Part shown: positions 51,913-62,469 of the stretch, piece after piece
Layout: every line of letters begins with the position of its first letter
How positions within the stretch are numbered: position 1 is the stretch's first letter
DNA from: Candidatus Latescibacterota bacterium
Lineage (GTDB): Bacteria > Latescibacterota > UBA2968 > UBA8231
Reading direction: 5' to 3'
Assembly: GCA_965219385.1 (NCBI GenBank)
Contig: CBDCNM010000002.1
Span: 530,639-594,638 of the forward strand
Length of the DNA stretch: 64,000 nt
Made by a program: the position numbers and the translations under genes
Notes under the pieces: generated by a model
What the model saw: only the letters and a program-made list of their open reading frames with translations
Databases searched by the model: none
Told to the model about the DNA's origin: nothing

Positions 51913-52917
51913 ATGGAAATCAGCAAAGACAAGCTGCTCTTCATGTACGAGCGCATGCGTTCGATCCGGGAGTTCGAGGAGCGCCTCCACCTGGATTTCG
52001 CCACCGGCACGGTGCCCGGCTTCGTCCATGTGTACGCCGGTGAAGAAGCCGTGGCCGTGGGGGCGTGCGCCAACCTCACCGACGACGACTACATCACCAG
52101 CACCCACCGGGGCCATGGCCACTGCATTGCCAAGGGAGTGGAGATCAAGTCCATGATGGCCGAGATCTACGGCAAGGCCACCGGGGCCTGCAAAGGCAAG
52201 GGCGGCTCCATGCACATCGCCGATATCGAGAAGGGCATGCTCGGGGCCAACGGCATCGTCGGCGGCGGACCCCCGCTGGCCTGCGGCGCCGCCCTCAAAG
52301 CCAGGGTGCAGGGCACAGACCAGGTAGCGGTCTGTTTCTTCGGCGACGGCGCCTCCAACCAGGGCACCACCCTCGAGGGCATGAACCTGGCCGGGATCTG
52401 GAAGCTGCCGGTCATCTTCCTGTGCGAAAACAACCGCTACGCCCAGTCCACCGGGACCTCCTACTCGGTCTCGGGCAACGATATCGCCGCCCGCGCCCGG
52501 GGGTTTGGCCTGCCCGGGGTGGCCGTGGACGGCCAGGATGTCTTCGCGGTGTACGAGACGGTCCGCGAGGCCGTGGAGCGCGCCCGGCGCGGCGAGGGGC
52601 CGGCCTTCATCGAGGCCCAGACCTACCGCAAGTACGGTCACTTCGAAGGGGATGCCCTGGGCTACCGCCCCGAGGAAGAAGAGGAATACCACCTGTCGCG
52701 GGATTGCCTCGAGCACTTCCGCAAGACCGTGCTGGAGCAGGAACTTTTGAGCGCGGCCGAGCTGGAGCAGATCGGTACACAGGTAAGGGAAATCGTCGAA
52801 GAGTCGGTCCGCTTTGCCCGGGAAAGCCCGCTGCCGGCGCCGGCCGACACCCTGACCGATGTGTACGTTGGCTTCCCCGAAAAAGAGATGTGGCCGTTCC
52901 AGACCACGCCGGTATGA
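51913..52917 (+). CDS. acoA: TPP-dependent acetoin dehydrogenase-type E1 alpha subunit
   Basis: PGFVHVYAGEEA, STHRGHGH, GKGGSMH, GDGASNQG...ENN; acoX in the same operon. Confidence 0.85.
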   Translation: MEISKDKLLFMYERMRSIREFEERLHLDFATGTVPGFVHVYAGEEAVAVGACANLTDDDYITSTHRGHGHCIAKGVEIKSMMAEIYGKATGACKGKGGSMHIADIEKGMLGANGIVGGGPPLACGAALKARVQGTDQVAVCFFGDGASNQGTTLEGMNLAGIWKLPVIFLCENNRYAQSTGTSYSVSGNDIAARARGFGLPGVAVDGQDVFAVYETVREAVERARRGEGPAFIEAQTYRKYGHFEGDALGYRPEEEEEYHLSRDCLEHFRKTVLEQELLSAAELEQIGTQVREIVEESVRFARESPLPAPADTLTDVYVGFPEKEMWPFQTTPV

Positions 52918-52933
52918 GGAGGTGGCATTATTT

Positions 52934-53947
52934 ATGACGGAACGATTGATGAGCTACCGCGAGGCCCTCAATGAGGCCCTGCATCTGGAGATGGAACGCG
53001 ATCCCACCGTGCTGGTGATGGGCGAAGACATCTCGGGTGCGCCCCACACCGAAGAACCCCTCGATGTGTGGGGCGGTCCCCTGGCCGTGACCAAGGGGCT
53101 GGTCCACAAATTCGGGCGGGAGCGGGTGCGCGATACCCCCATCACCGAGTCGGCCTTCGTAGGCGCCGGCGTGGGCGCCGCGGCCACGGGGCTGCGGCCG
53201 GTGGTGGAGTTGATGTTTATCGGTTTCATGGGGGTGTGCCTGGACCAGATCTCCAACCAGGCCGCCAAGATGCGCTACATGTTCGGCGGCAAGGCCCGAA
53301 TTCCCCTGGTGATCCGCACCATGATCGGCGCCGGCCTGCGCGCCGCGGCCCAGCACTCGGACTCGATGTATTCCACCTTTGTCCACATCCCCGGCCTGAA
53401 GGTGGTCGCTCCTGCCAACCCCGCCGATGCCAAGGGCCTGCTGATCGCCTCGATCCGCGACGACGATCCGGTCATTTTCTGCGAGCACAAGGTCATGTAC
53501 GACAACCAGGGACCCGTGCCCGAGGGCGAGTACGTGGTCCCCCTGGGCCAGGCCAATATAAGCCGCGAAGGCAAGGACGCGACCATCGTCGCCATCTCGC
53601 GCATGGTGGAATTCGCCCTCCACGCCGCCGAGGCCCTGGACAAGGAAGGGCTCAGCGTCGAGGTCGTCGACCCGCGCACCCTGGTGCCGCTGGATCAGGA
53701 CACCATCCTGGACTCGATCCGCAAGACCGGCCGGCTGGTGGTGGTGGACGAGGACAACCCGCGCTGCAGCGTGGCCACGGACCTGGCCACCCTGGCGGCG
53801 ACCCAGGCCATTGAGTACCTGTGCGCCCCGGTCAAACTGGTTACCTCGCCGCACACCCCCGTGCCCTTCAGTCCGACCCTGGAGGACGCCTACATCCCCA
53901 CGCCGGAGCGCATCACCGCCGCCGTCCGCGAGACCATGATCTACTAG
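52934..53947 (+). CDS. acoB: TPP-dependent acetoin dehydrogenase-type E1 beta subunit
   Basis: DTPITESAF, NQAAKMRYMFGGK, AAAQHS, PHTPVPFSPTLE. Confidence 0.85.
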   Translation: MTERLMSYREALNEALHLEMERDPTVLVMGEDISGAPHTEEPLDVWGGPLAVTKGLVHKFGRERVRDTPITESAFVGAGVGAAATGLRPVVELMFIGFMGVCLDQISNQAAKMRYMFGGKARIPLVIRTMIGAGLRAAAQHSDSMYSTFVHIPGLKVVAPANPADAKGLLIASIRDDDPVIFCEHKVMYDNQGPVPEGEYVVPLGQANISREGKDATIVAISRMVEFALHAAEALDKEGLSVEVVDPRTLVPLDQDTILDSIRKTGRLVVVDEDNPRCSVATDLATLAATQAIEYLCAPVKLVTSPHTPVPFSPTLEDAYIPTPERITAAVRETMIY

Positions 53948-53963
53948 TCCCCGGAGGTATGGT

Positions 53964-55343
53964 ATGGCATTCGAGGTCGTTATGCCCAAGTGGGGCCTGA
54001 GCATGCAGGAAGGCACCATCGTCCAGTGGCTGGTCCAGGAGGGCAAAGCCATTGAGAAAGACGCGCCCCTGCTGGAGGTCGAAACAGAGAAGATGATCTC
54101 GGTGGTCGAGGCCCCGGCCTCGGGTATCCTGGGCCGCATCCTGCATCCGGCCCAGAGCACGGTGCCGGTCAGCCAGGTCATCGCCTTCATTACCGAGCCG
54201 GGCGAGGAAGTCCCCGAGGCAGAAGCCTCCTCCACCGAGGGGGCGGGGAAGGTCGCCGAAGCCCCGGCCCCGAGTCCGGCGGCCGAGCCCGAACCCGCCC
54301 CGTCTCCGGGCGGCATCATCCGCGCCATGCCCGCGGCCCGCCACTTGGCCCGGGAGCAGGAGCTGGACCTGGCTGCCATCCAGGGCAGCGGACCGACCGG
54401 GGTGATCACTAGAGCCGACGTGGAGCGCACCGGGACCGCGGTGGCCCAGCCCATCCAGAAGGTCGGCTTCTTCAGCGAGGGCCACCGCCTGGACGGGCTG
54501 CTCTATACCCCCGGAGGACTCGCCGCCGGCGACCAACGCCCGGCCGTGGTGCTGTGCGTGGGCTTCACCTACCTCAAGAGCCTGGTTATGCCCGATATCG
54601 CCCGGGCCCTGAACGCGGCCGGCTACGTGGCCTTGCTCTTCGATTACCGCGGCTTCGGCGCCAGCGCGGGCCCCCGCCACCGCCTCATCCCGCAGGAGCA
54701 GGTCACCGACGTGCGGACGGCCCTGACCTTTGGGGCCCATCAACCCCAGGTGGACCCCGAGCGCCTGGCCGTGCTCGGCATAAGCCTGGGCGGCTCGAAC
54801 GCCATTGCCTCTGGTGCCCTGGACCGGCGGGTCAAGGCCGTGGTGGCCATCGAACCCATCGGCAACGGCCAACGCTGGCTCCACAGCCTGCGGCGCCACT
54901 GGGAGTGGCTGGAGTTCCAGGAGCGCCTGGCGCAGGACCGCCTGCAAAGGGTGCGCACCGGCGAGTCCACCCGCGTGGATCCCCTCGACATCGCGATCCC
55001 CGATCCCGAATCCCGCCGGTTCCTGGAGGCGGTCTACCGCGAGTACCCGCAGATGCAGTGCGACCTGCCCCTGGAAACCGCCGAGGCCCTGGTCGAGTTT
55101 CGCCCCGAGGCCCTGGTCGAGCACGTGGCCCCGCAGCCGGTGCTGTTCATCCACGGCGAGAACGACCGCCAGGTTTCAGCCGACGAATCGCGCCGTATGT
55201 TCGCGCGCGCCGGCGAGCCGCGTCGCCTGGAAATCCTGCCCGCCATGGGCCACTTCGACTGGGTCATGGCCCACAGCCCCGGCTTTGGCCAGGTCGTGGA
55301 TCTGACCCTCGATTTCCTGCAAGAGCATCTGCCGGCGCAATGA
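53964..55343 (+). CDS. AcoC-like fusion: lipoyl domain, E3-binding domain and alpha/beta hydrolase
   Basis: MPKWGLSMQEG...EVETEKM (lipoyl Lys); MPAARHLA...GSGPTGVITRADV; FDYRGFGAS, GISLGG nucleophile elbow, HGENDRQV, GHFD. Confidence 0.85.
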   Translation: MAFEVVMPKWGLSMQEGTIVQWLVQEGKAIEKDAPLLEVETEKMISVVEAPASGILGRILHPAQSTVPVSQVIAFITEPGEEVPEAEASSTEGAGKVAEAPAPSPAAEPEPAPSPGGIIRAMPAARHLAREQELDLAAIQGSGPTGVITRADVERTGTAVAQPIQKVGFFSEGHRLDGLLYTPGGLAAGDQRPAVVLCVGFTYLKSLVMPDIARALNAAGYVALLFDYRGFGASAGPRHRLIPQEQVTDVRTALTFGAHQPQVDPERLAVLGISLGGSNAIASGALDRRVKAVVAIEPIGNGQRWLHSLRRHWEWLEFQERLAQDRLQRVRTGESTRVDPLDIAIPDPESRRFLEAVYREYPQMQCDLPLETAEALVEFRPEALVEHVAPQPVLFIHGENDRQVSADESRRMFARAGEPRRLEILPAMGHFDWVMAHSPGFGQVVDLTLDFLQEHLPAQ

Positions 55344-56341
55344 CCACGGTCGGCATCATCGCCAATCCGGCCTCGGGCAGGGATATCCGCCGCCTGGTGG
55401 CCCACGGCACGGTCTTCGACAACGACGAGAAGGTCAACATCGCCCGCCGCATCCTGCTGGGCCTGGATGCCGTGGGCATCGAGCGGGTCTGGATCATGCC
55501 CGAGTCCTACCGCATCGGTCTCAGGGCCCTCGACGGGCTCGAACTCAAGCTCGAAGCCGCCCTCCTGCCCATGCCCGAGAAGCTGAAATTCACCCAGGAG
55601 GACTCGACCCTGGCGGCGGCGATCATGGCCGCACAGCAGGTCGGCTGCATCGCCACCCTGGGCGGCGACGGCACCAATCGCGCCGTGGCCAAGACCTGCG
55701 CCAGGGTCCCCCTCATGCCCATCTCCACCGGCACCAACAATGCCTTCCCCACCATGATCGAAGGCACCATCGCCGGCCTGGCCGCCGGCCTGGTGGCGCG
55801 CGGGCTGGCCGGCGAGGCCGTGCGCTCCGTGCCGCGTCTGGAGGTTTTTTACGAAGGGGAAAATCGGGAAAGCGAAACACCCGATGACATCGCCCTGGTG
55901 GACGCGGCGCTCTACGACGAGCGCTTTGTCGCCTCCCGGGCCATCTGGGATGTCTCCAGGATCAGGGAGATCGTCCTGGTCCGGGCTCGTGCCGGCCACA
56001 TCGGCCTCTCGGCCATCGGCGCCCACGTCCGGGACGGACAACTCGGACCCGATCAGGGTCTTTACTTGCGGCTGGGGCCCGGCGGGCAGCAAGTACTGGC
56101 CCCCATTGCCCCCGGCCTCATCCACGAGGTGAGCTTGGCCGAGCACCGGCCGCTGGCACCGGGGGACGAGGTGGTTATAAGCTATCCGCAACCCTGTGTG
56201 CTGGCCTTCGACGGGGAACGCGAGACCAGGCTGCGGCCGGGGATGAGGGTCCGCTTGCGGCTCAATGCCGGGGGGCCCCGGGTGGTGGATGCCCGCAGGG
56301 CGATTGAATGCGCTGCGCGGGCGGGGGTATTTGTCGCATAA
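55340..56341 (+). CDS. acoX: Acetoin catabolism protein X (NAD kinase family)
   Basis: VGIIANPASGRDIRRLVA, LGGDGTNR, ISTGTNNAFP, FDGERE. Confidence 0.85.
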   Translation: MTTVGIIANPASGRDIRRLVAHGTVFDNDEKVNIARRILLGLDAVGIERVWIMPESYRIGLRALDGLELKLEAALLPMPEKLKFTQEDSTLAAAIMAAQQVGCIATLGGDGTNRAVAKTCARVPLMPISTGTNNAFPTMIEGTIAGLAAGLVARGLAGEAVRSVPRLEVFYEGENRESETPDDIALVDAALYDERFVASRAIWDVSRIREIVLVRARAGHIGLSAIGAHVRDGQLGPDQGLYLRLGPGGQQVLAPIAPGLIHEVSLAEHRPLAPGDEVVISYPQPCVLAFDGERETRLRPGMRVRLRLNAGGPRVVDARRAIECAARAGVFVA

Positions 56342-56405
56342 AAATTCTGATTGTCATCGGGTCCAAAGCAGAAGGAGCTACATAAATCAGAAAGGGAACT
56401 GCACA

Positions 56406-57446
56406 ATGAAACCGCTCATCCTCCCCCCCATTTTCCTGTTTATCCTGTTCCATGGCACCTGGGCCCAATCCCTGGACATCGCCCTGGCCGGTTACGGCCT
56501 GAGCATCGGCAATTCGAGCCGGATCACCGGCATACGGATCAATGCCGTGGACCGGCAGATCGAACAGGTTAACGGCTTCAACCTGACCCTGTGGAATCCG
56601 GGCAAAAATCCGGACGCCGTGTACAATGGGATCGCCGTAGGCCTCATCGGCACCAAGGCCCGGAGAATCAACGCCATCGCCCTCAGCGGCATCGGGGTCA
56701 ATGCCCGGGAGCACCTGAGAGGAATCGCCGCCGGCACCCTCGGTGTGGGCGCGGGCAGCCTCACCGGAGTGGCCGTCGGTCTGATCATGGTGGATATCAA
56801 ACAGCGCATCCGGGGAATCACCATCGCCGGTATCTGGACCGGCAACTGCCAGCAGCTCGATGGTCTGGCCATAAGCCCGGGCGGTGCTATCGCCGGGAAC
56901 GTCAGAGGCGCCACTATCGGGGGGCTGTTCGCCGGCGGAGGAAAAAGCCTGACTGGTCTATCGCTGAGCCTCGGTAGCTCCTTCTCCGGCCACCTTCGCG
57001 GCGTGGCCGTCGGGGGGCTGTTCGCCGGCGGTGAAGATCTCCAAGGCACCATCGCCGGGGGCCTTTTCGTCGCCGGCAAGAATCTGGACGGCGTCGCCTG
57101 CAGTCTGGGAGGAATCGGCGGTGAGAGCCTGGACGGCATCATGCTGGCTGGCCTGGGCCTGGGTGCAGCCGAACGGATCAGGGGAGTCGCCATCGGCAGC
57201 GGCCTGGTCTTCGCCCCCGAGGCAACAGGGTTGACAGCTGGCGCTTTAAACGGCCTGTACATCGACAGGATTGACCTGGAGGACTTTCTTCATTTCAAAC
57301 TGGTTAACCAGCGTTTCACCGGACTCTCCATCGGGCTCGTGAACTACACAGCTCGACTCAAAGGGGTACAGCTCGGCTTAGCCAACTACGCTGGCAACAA
57401 TCCGCGCTGGCTGCGGCTGCTGCCCCTGGTCAACGCGCACCTGTAG
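56406..57446 (+). CDS. Secreted glycine-rich beta-repeat protein (LA_2272-like)
   Basis: Signal peptide; ~15-16-aa GxxxGGL repeats; C-terminal GVQLGLANY...LPLVNAHL. Confidence 0.65.
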   Translation: MKPLILPPIFLFILFHGTWAQSLDIALAGYGLSIGNSSRITGIRINAVDRQIEQVNGFNLTLWNPGKNPDAVYNGIAVGLIGTKARRINAIALSGIGVNAREHLRGIAAGTLGVGAGSLTGVAVGLIMVDIKQRIRGITIAGIWTGNCQQLDGLAISPGGAIAGNVRGATIGGLFAGGGKSLTGLSLSLGSSFSGHLRGVAVGGLFAGGEDLQGTIAGGLFVAGKNLDGVACSLGGIGGESLDGIMLAGLGLGAAERIRGVAIGSGLVFAPEATGLTAGALNGLYIDRIDLEDFLHFKLVNQRFTGLSIGLVNYTARLKGVQLGLANYAGNNPRWLRLLPLVNAHL

Positions 57447-57469
57447 AAACCTCCCCTAAAAATAAAGAT

Positions 57470-57675
57470 CAACCCGACGGAGCCCTCGGTTTGGCTCAAC
57501 GGCAGGTGATAGAGCCGCCGCAAGGTCAACGCCGTTTGGAGGGCGACATCCGAAAAGGTGTATTGCGCCCCCCACTGAGTCGGTCCCTGGTAATACCAGG
57601 CCCGCACGGCTTGGGGGGTAACCCACACGGTCAGACTCCCGCGCTGTTTGAGCCCGACCTCTTGGCCCAATTAGC
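57470..57675 (-). mobile_element. IS5-family (IS903-like) transposase N-terminal remnant
   Basis: LKQRGSLTVW...WYY...GAQYTFSDVALQTALTLRRLYHLPLSQTEG. Confidence 0.75.
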
Positions 57676-57910
57676 GCACCTAGACACGACCTGTGAGCGG
57701 CGGGCGTGACGGCGACGGGGCTTGACGGAGGGCGGGGGATACGATAATTTGGACATAACAGGTTCCTTGGATGAGCGGACATTGGTTTTCTTGGCCGGGA
57801 ATCATGTCCAATCTACTAAGAAGCCTGTCTTCATTCAACCGCTGCGCGAAAGAAGGATCACCGATTCATGCACCAACGCCCAACGTATTTGTATAAGGAG
57901 GGCAAATCCG

Positions 57911-59089
57911 ATGCAATTCATCCAACGTATTCGCATGAGCGGTCTGCTGTCGTTTCCGCCGGATATGGACTTCTTTGAATTGCAACCATTGAATGTCCTT
58001 ATCGGTCCGAACGCATCGGGAAAATCGAACTTCATCGAAGTGCTGGAACTCCTGCACGCCACGCCGACGGACTTCGCTGCCGCAATCCGGGACGGGGGCG
58101 GCGCGGAGGAGTGGCTGTGGAAAGGGGATGACCGACCAACCCCTGCGACAATCGAAGTCGAGATCGATCCGTCTCCATACGACCAACGGTTAAAATATCG
58201 TCTGTCGTTTACCACTATCGGCCCCCGGGTCAATATCATCGACGAGGCCATCGAGGATCCGACTCCGCAGGGAGTCGAGCCATACTTCTACTACACGTTC
58301 CAGCAAGGGCGCCCGGTGATCAATATTCGCGTACGGATACCGGGCGAACAGACCGAGGAGAGAACGGTGCAGTGGGACGATCGCTCACTGGATCAATCCG
58401 TTCTGGCGCAGCGCAAGGATCCGGATCTCTATCCGGAACTCTTCTGGCTCGGGTGGCAGTTCGAGACCATACAGACGTTTCGCGAGTGGACATTTGGTCG
58501 TTACGGCGCGCTGCGATGGCCACAGCGAGCCGATCTTCCGGAACAATGGCTACTCCCAGACTCCAGCAATCTCGCGCTGGTGCTCAACCAGATCGAGCAC
58601 AAGTCCGGACCGGTATTCAACGAGTATTTGAAACGCTTCTTTCCCCGGTTCGAGCGCATGTCCACCTCGATCTCCGGGGGCACTGTGCAGTTCTACCTGC
58701 ACGAATCCGGCTTCCGTGCGCCGATTCCCACAACTCGGCTGTCCGACGGAACCATCCGATTCATTGCAATGCTGGCGACGCTGCTATCCCCGTCGCCGCC
58801 GCCGCTGGTGTGCATGGAGGAGCCGGAACTCGGATTGCATCCCGATGCGGTGGCGTTGCTCGCCGACCTGCTCGTCGAAGCCTCCCAACGGATGCAGCTT
58901 GTGGTCACGACCCATTCCGACGCCTTTGTGTCGGCACTGACCAATCAGCCGGCCGCCATCGTCGCCTGCGAGCGGCCAGGGGCCGGCACCGTGTTGCGCC
59001 GACTCGATCCCGAAAGGCTCGCCGATTGGCTGGACGACTACCGACTCGGCGACCTGTGGCGGATGGGCGAGCTTGGTGCCAACCCGTGA
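57911..59089 (+). CDS. ABC-type ATPase, AAA_21/AbiEii family
   Basis: Walker A GPNASGKSN, signature LSDGT, Walker B CMEEPELGLHP, switch TTHS. Confidence 0.9.
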   Translation: MQFIQRIRMSGLLSFPPDMDFFELQPLNVLIGPNASGKSNFIEVLELLHATPTDFAAAIRDGGGAEEWLWKGDDRPTPATIEVEIDPSPYDQRLKYRLSFTTIGPRVNIIDEAIEDPTPQGVEPYFYYTFQQGRPVINIRVRIPGEQTEERTVQWDDRSLDQSVLAQRKDPDLYPELFWLGWQFETIQTFREWTFGRYGALRWPQRADLPEQWLLPDSSNLALVLNQIEHKSGPVFNEYLKRFFPRFERMSTSISGGTVQFYLHESGFRAPIPTTRLSDGTIRFIAMLATLLSPSPPPLVCMEEPELGLHPDAVALLADLLVEASQRMQLVVTTHSDAFVSALTNQPAAIVACERPGAGTVLRRLDPERLADWLDDYRLGDLWRMGELGANP

Positions 59090-59718
59090 GCGGCATCGCC
59101 ATCTACATGGAAGGTGGGGGTGCAGGTAATGCAACCAAGGTAGTTCTTCGCCAAGGGATGGACGAGTTTCTTCAGCCGCTCAAGGAAGCGGCCAGAGACA
59201 AGGCGCTGCCCTGGAAGCTGGTCTGTTGCGGCCCACGCAACGAGGCATTCCAACACTTTCGAAATGCCGTCGACAACAGTGACGATGTGGTGAATGTCTT
59301 GCTGGTGGACGCCGAAGGGCCGGTGAACCTCCAGTCCGTCCGAGGCCACCTGCAAGATCGGGACGGATGGGATCTGAGCATTACTCCCGAAGATGCTGTT
59401 CACCTCATGGTGCAGACGATGGAGGCCTGGATTGTCGCTGATTCGGCGGCTCTGACAAGCTACTACGGGCAAGGCTTCAGGGCGCAGGAACTCCCGAAAG
59501 CGGCGAACCTTGAGACTGTGCCCAAGGCTGATTTGACACGCTGCTTGGGCAAGGCGACAGAGCGCACGCGGAAGGGGCCTTACCACAAGATCAGGCATGC
59601 GAGCGATCTGCTGAAACTGATTGATGTTAAAAGGGTAAAGGCGCGGTGCGCTTACTGCAAGCTGTTGTTTGAAGCGCTCGGGCGGGTAGTCGATGCGGCC
59701 TGCGTTCCCCGAGCGTGA
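59086..59718 (+). CDS. DUF4276 family (TOPRIM-like) protein
   Basis: GTG overlaps the ATPase stop (GTGA); IYMEGG, LLVDAEGP, MVQTMEAWIVAD, YHKIRHA. Confidence 0.8.
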   Translation: MSGIAIYMEGGGAGNATKVVLRQGMDEFLQPLKEAARDKALPWKLVCCGPRNEAFQHFRNAVDNSDDVVNVLLVDAEGPVNLQSVRGHLQDRDGWDLSITPEDAVHLMVQTMEAWIVADSAALTSYYGQGFRAQELPKAANLETVPKADLTRCLGKATERTRKGPYHKIRHASDLLKLIDVKRVKARCAYCKLLFEALGRVVDAACVPRA

Positions 59719-59978
59719 GGCCAGGCTCGTCCATGTTGGATAGGGCCACTCTCACTCACATTGAGACGGCTTAAGGCTCTGCCGAAAAATAACTTTTCTG
59801 TTTTGCAGTATGTTCATGTCTCATAGGTTTGGTTATTTTTTGGCTCCTCTGGAGAATCTGTGGGTGAAAGAGCCTGCTCGCCGACGGCATAGAGGAGGCC
59901 GAGGATAGCACCGGCGCATCATTCCCGGTATGTTGGGACGGTCCATCAATACCGATCCCGACCTACCTTGGAGGGAAT

Positions 59979-61533
59979 GGGTGTAGCCTCGTTATTACGC
60001 AGCCGTCTTGTCGGTCTGTTGCGTAGTCTGGTGCAGGTACCAGTTCCAGAAGGCCTCCCATCGTTGGGATTGGACGTGGACTCGTAGATTGAGGATCTGC
60101 TGGCCCCCTTGGCGGGTCCAGCGCATGCCCGCTGCGTTTGAGTCGATGCCCGACCAGGGTCTTGGCGGCGGCCTCCACGGGACCACTGGAGAGGATCAAC
60201 CCCGAAGCGTGATAGCGAGCGTAGTCCATTTTGTCCCGGTTGTTGCGGAAGTAGGTCAGTTCCGCCGTCGCCTGGCGATAGCGCTCCGATCCGCTCCGGA
60301 GTTGGCGGCGGTGGTAGGCCAGGGAACGGATCAGGCCCTGCACGGCCCCGGGCTCATGGCGCAGTTTGTGGCGCCAGGACCGGTACCAGCGAGTTGCTTT
60401 CGCCGACAGCTTGCCGAAGAGATGCTCGGCCGCCTTCGACAGGTGTTGGGCGGCGTGATCGAAGTCGAGGATCCGGGTGAAGCCGTCGAACACCGGCTGC
60501 CGGTCCACGGTGCGCCAGCTCTCGCGCTTCCCGTCGGCCAACACCACCCGGTGGTCATAGGCCCCTTGCTGCAAGGCCCGACCCGTCTGGTCCACCAAGC
60601 CATCGACCAGGGTTTCCATCTTCGCCTCCGGCATGCGCGCGGCATAGCGCCCATCGACGCGTTGGGGGTCTTCCGTCTCCGGATCCAGCGGCGTCCGATA
60701 CGTGGAGACCATGCCCACCCCCGCCTCCTTCCAGGCGGTGGGCGCGCGGTCGGGGTCCGGATCCGTCGGTCGTTCGGCGGGCCGTCCGCGTTTCGGCGCC
60801 GGTTCCCGCAGGGGCACGGTGACGCCGTCCCAACTGACCACCAGGGTGTCGCTCGACCTTCAGCGGCGCCGCGTCCTGCAAGGCCAGCTCGAGCTGCTCG
60901 GCGTGGTCCTCGGCGTACTGCCCGACGGTGGTCAACAGATGCTGAATGGCGGTGCGCGACGGGGACTCGGCCAGCACCTCGGCCAAGCTGTCCTCGACTT
61001 CGGCCGGGACCAGGCGGGCGCCCAGGAAGGCCGTGAGACGCTCCAGGGGCGGAACCATGAATCGATGGACCCTGCCGCAGCGCTCATCCAAGGGCACCCG
61101 GCTGGGGCCGCCCCGATCGGGCTGATACAGCCGGCGCGGCACCTGGACCTTGCCCCACAGGGTCATCCATTCCTTGTCGACCACCTGCTTGAAGCGGTAG
61201 ACCTGACCGCGGTGGACCACGGTGTCGTCGGCGATTTCGCACGCCTGCGCCAGCCGTTGGAAACCGATTCGACCGAGGTCGTCCAACGCCTCTCGCAGCT
61301 CGCTCACCTTCTCGCGAAAGTCCTCCGGTCCGGCGTCCGGAGATTGCAGCCGATGCTCCCACTGGAGGACATTTTCCTCCAACTTGGTCAGGCAAGCGCG
61401 AAAATCCTTCGTATCTTCCATCTGGGACCCCTTTCCGGGTTTGGGCGTAAGTGCTTACACCCAAAGGTACATTCGTGCCCGGACTTGGGGTCCCCCTTTT
61501 CTCGAAAATCTGCGTAAAATTGAAGCTGCACCC
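59979..61533 (-). mobile_element. ISKra4/IS256-like insertion sequence with 8-bp target-site duplication
   Basis: Terminal IR GGGTGTAGC / GGGTGCAGC; direct repeat GAGGGAAT at 59971-59978 and 61534-61541. Confidence 0.8.
59995..61421 (-). pseudogene. ISKra4-like DDE transposase, two frameshifts
   Basis: VSWDGV, LADG, ILDFDHAAQHL, GPVEAAAKTLVGHRLK, GMRWT across three frames. Confidence 0.75.
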
Positions 61534-61539
61534 GAGGGA

Positions 61540-62469
61540 ATGATGCGCCTGATCACAGTACTGAACCGATGCACGAAGTTCAAGCGGTTTGTGTTTGAGG
61601 GGGGGCATTTTGACGAACACGGCAGGATCATGGTGAGCCTCAGGCCCCGAAAGAACGCCAGGGCGGAGTGCAGCGGCTGCGGTCCGTTGTCCCCCACCTA
61701 TGACACGGCCACCGAGGCACGGCTGTTCGAGTTTGTTCCGCTCTGGGGGTTCCCGGTCTTTCTGGTGTATCGCATGCGCCGGGTGGCCTGCAAAGCCTGC
61801 GGCCGGGTGATCGTCGAGAAGGTCCCCTGGAGCACGGGCAAGCACCCCCTGACCGACCTCTACCGCTGCTTCCTGGCACCGTGGGCCAAGAAGCGGTCGT
61901 GGATCGAGGGGGCGCGCTCCTTCCGGACCCGTTGGGACCCAGTCTACCGTTCCGTCCAGTACGTCGTGGAATAGGGGCTCGCTCATCGCCGCCTCGACCG
62001 GGTCACGGCCCTCGGCGTGGATGAAATCCAGTATCGCAAAGGCCATCATTATCTGACCTTGCTGTACCAGATCGACACTCACCACCGCCGCCTGTTGTGG
62101 AGGGGCGAAAAGCGGACGATAAAGACCCTGGACGACGGCTTTACCGAACTGGAGCAAGAGCACCAGCGCAAGCAAGAAGCGGCCGGCGAGCAGGAGCCGA
62201 GGAGCTTCCTCGGCCCGATTGCCGTCATCTGCTCTGATATCTGGAAAGCCTACCTCACCGTCATCGACCAGCGGCGGCCGGCGGCGGTACACGTTCTCGA
62301 CCGCTTTCACCTCATGCAGCCCTTCAGCAAGGCCCTCGACAAAGTCCGTGCCGAAGAGGCCCGCCGACTCAAAGAACAGGGCCAAGATCCCGTCCTGAGC
62401 AAGAGCCGCTGGTGCTTCCTGAAGCGCAAGGAGAACCTCAGCGACCCCCAGGCTTTGAAGCTATCCGCG
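61540..62469 (+). pseudogene. ISL3-family transposase with an internal TAG (61972-61974) and 3' truncation
   Basis: CSGC...RRVACKAC zinc finger, GVDEI, ICSDIWKAY, LDRFH, SRWCFLKRKENL. Confidence 0.85.

Larger units (their letters stand above)
59842..62469 (+). mobile_element. ISL3-family element, interrupted by an ISKra4-like element and truncated by IS630
   Basis: Left end GGCTCCTCTGGAGAATCTGTGGGTG resembles ISL3 termini; transposase starts at 61540. Confidence 0.7.

Noticed and set aside
57680..57910. Possible retron ncRNA upstream of the ATPase-TOPRIM pair
   Set aside because: No reverse transcriptase nearby and no convincing flanking inverted repeats
38766..61974. Genome-wide TAG recoding suggested by three in-frame TAGs (38766, 42488, 61972)
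   Set aside because: TAG is the normal stop of intact genes here (e.g. acoB at 53947), and two cases are simple point changes (CAG to TAG; probable TGG to TAG in a dead transposase)
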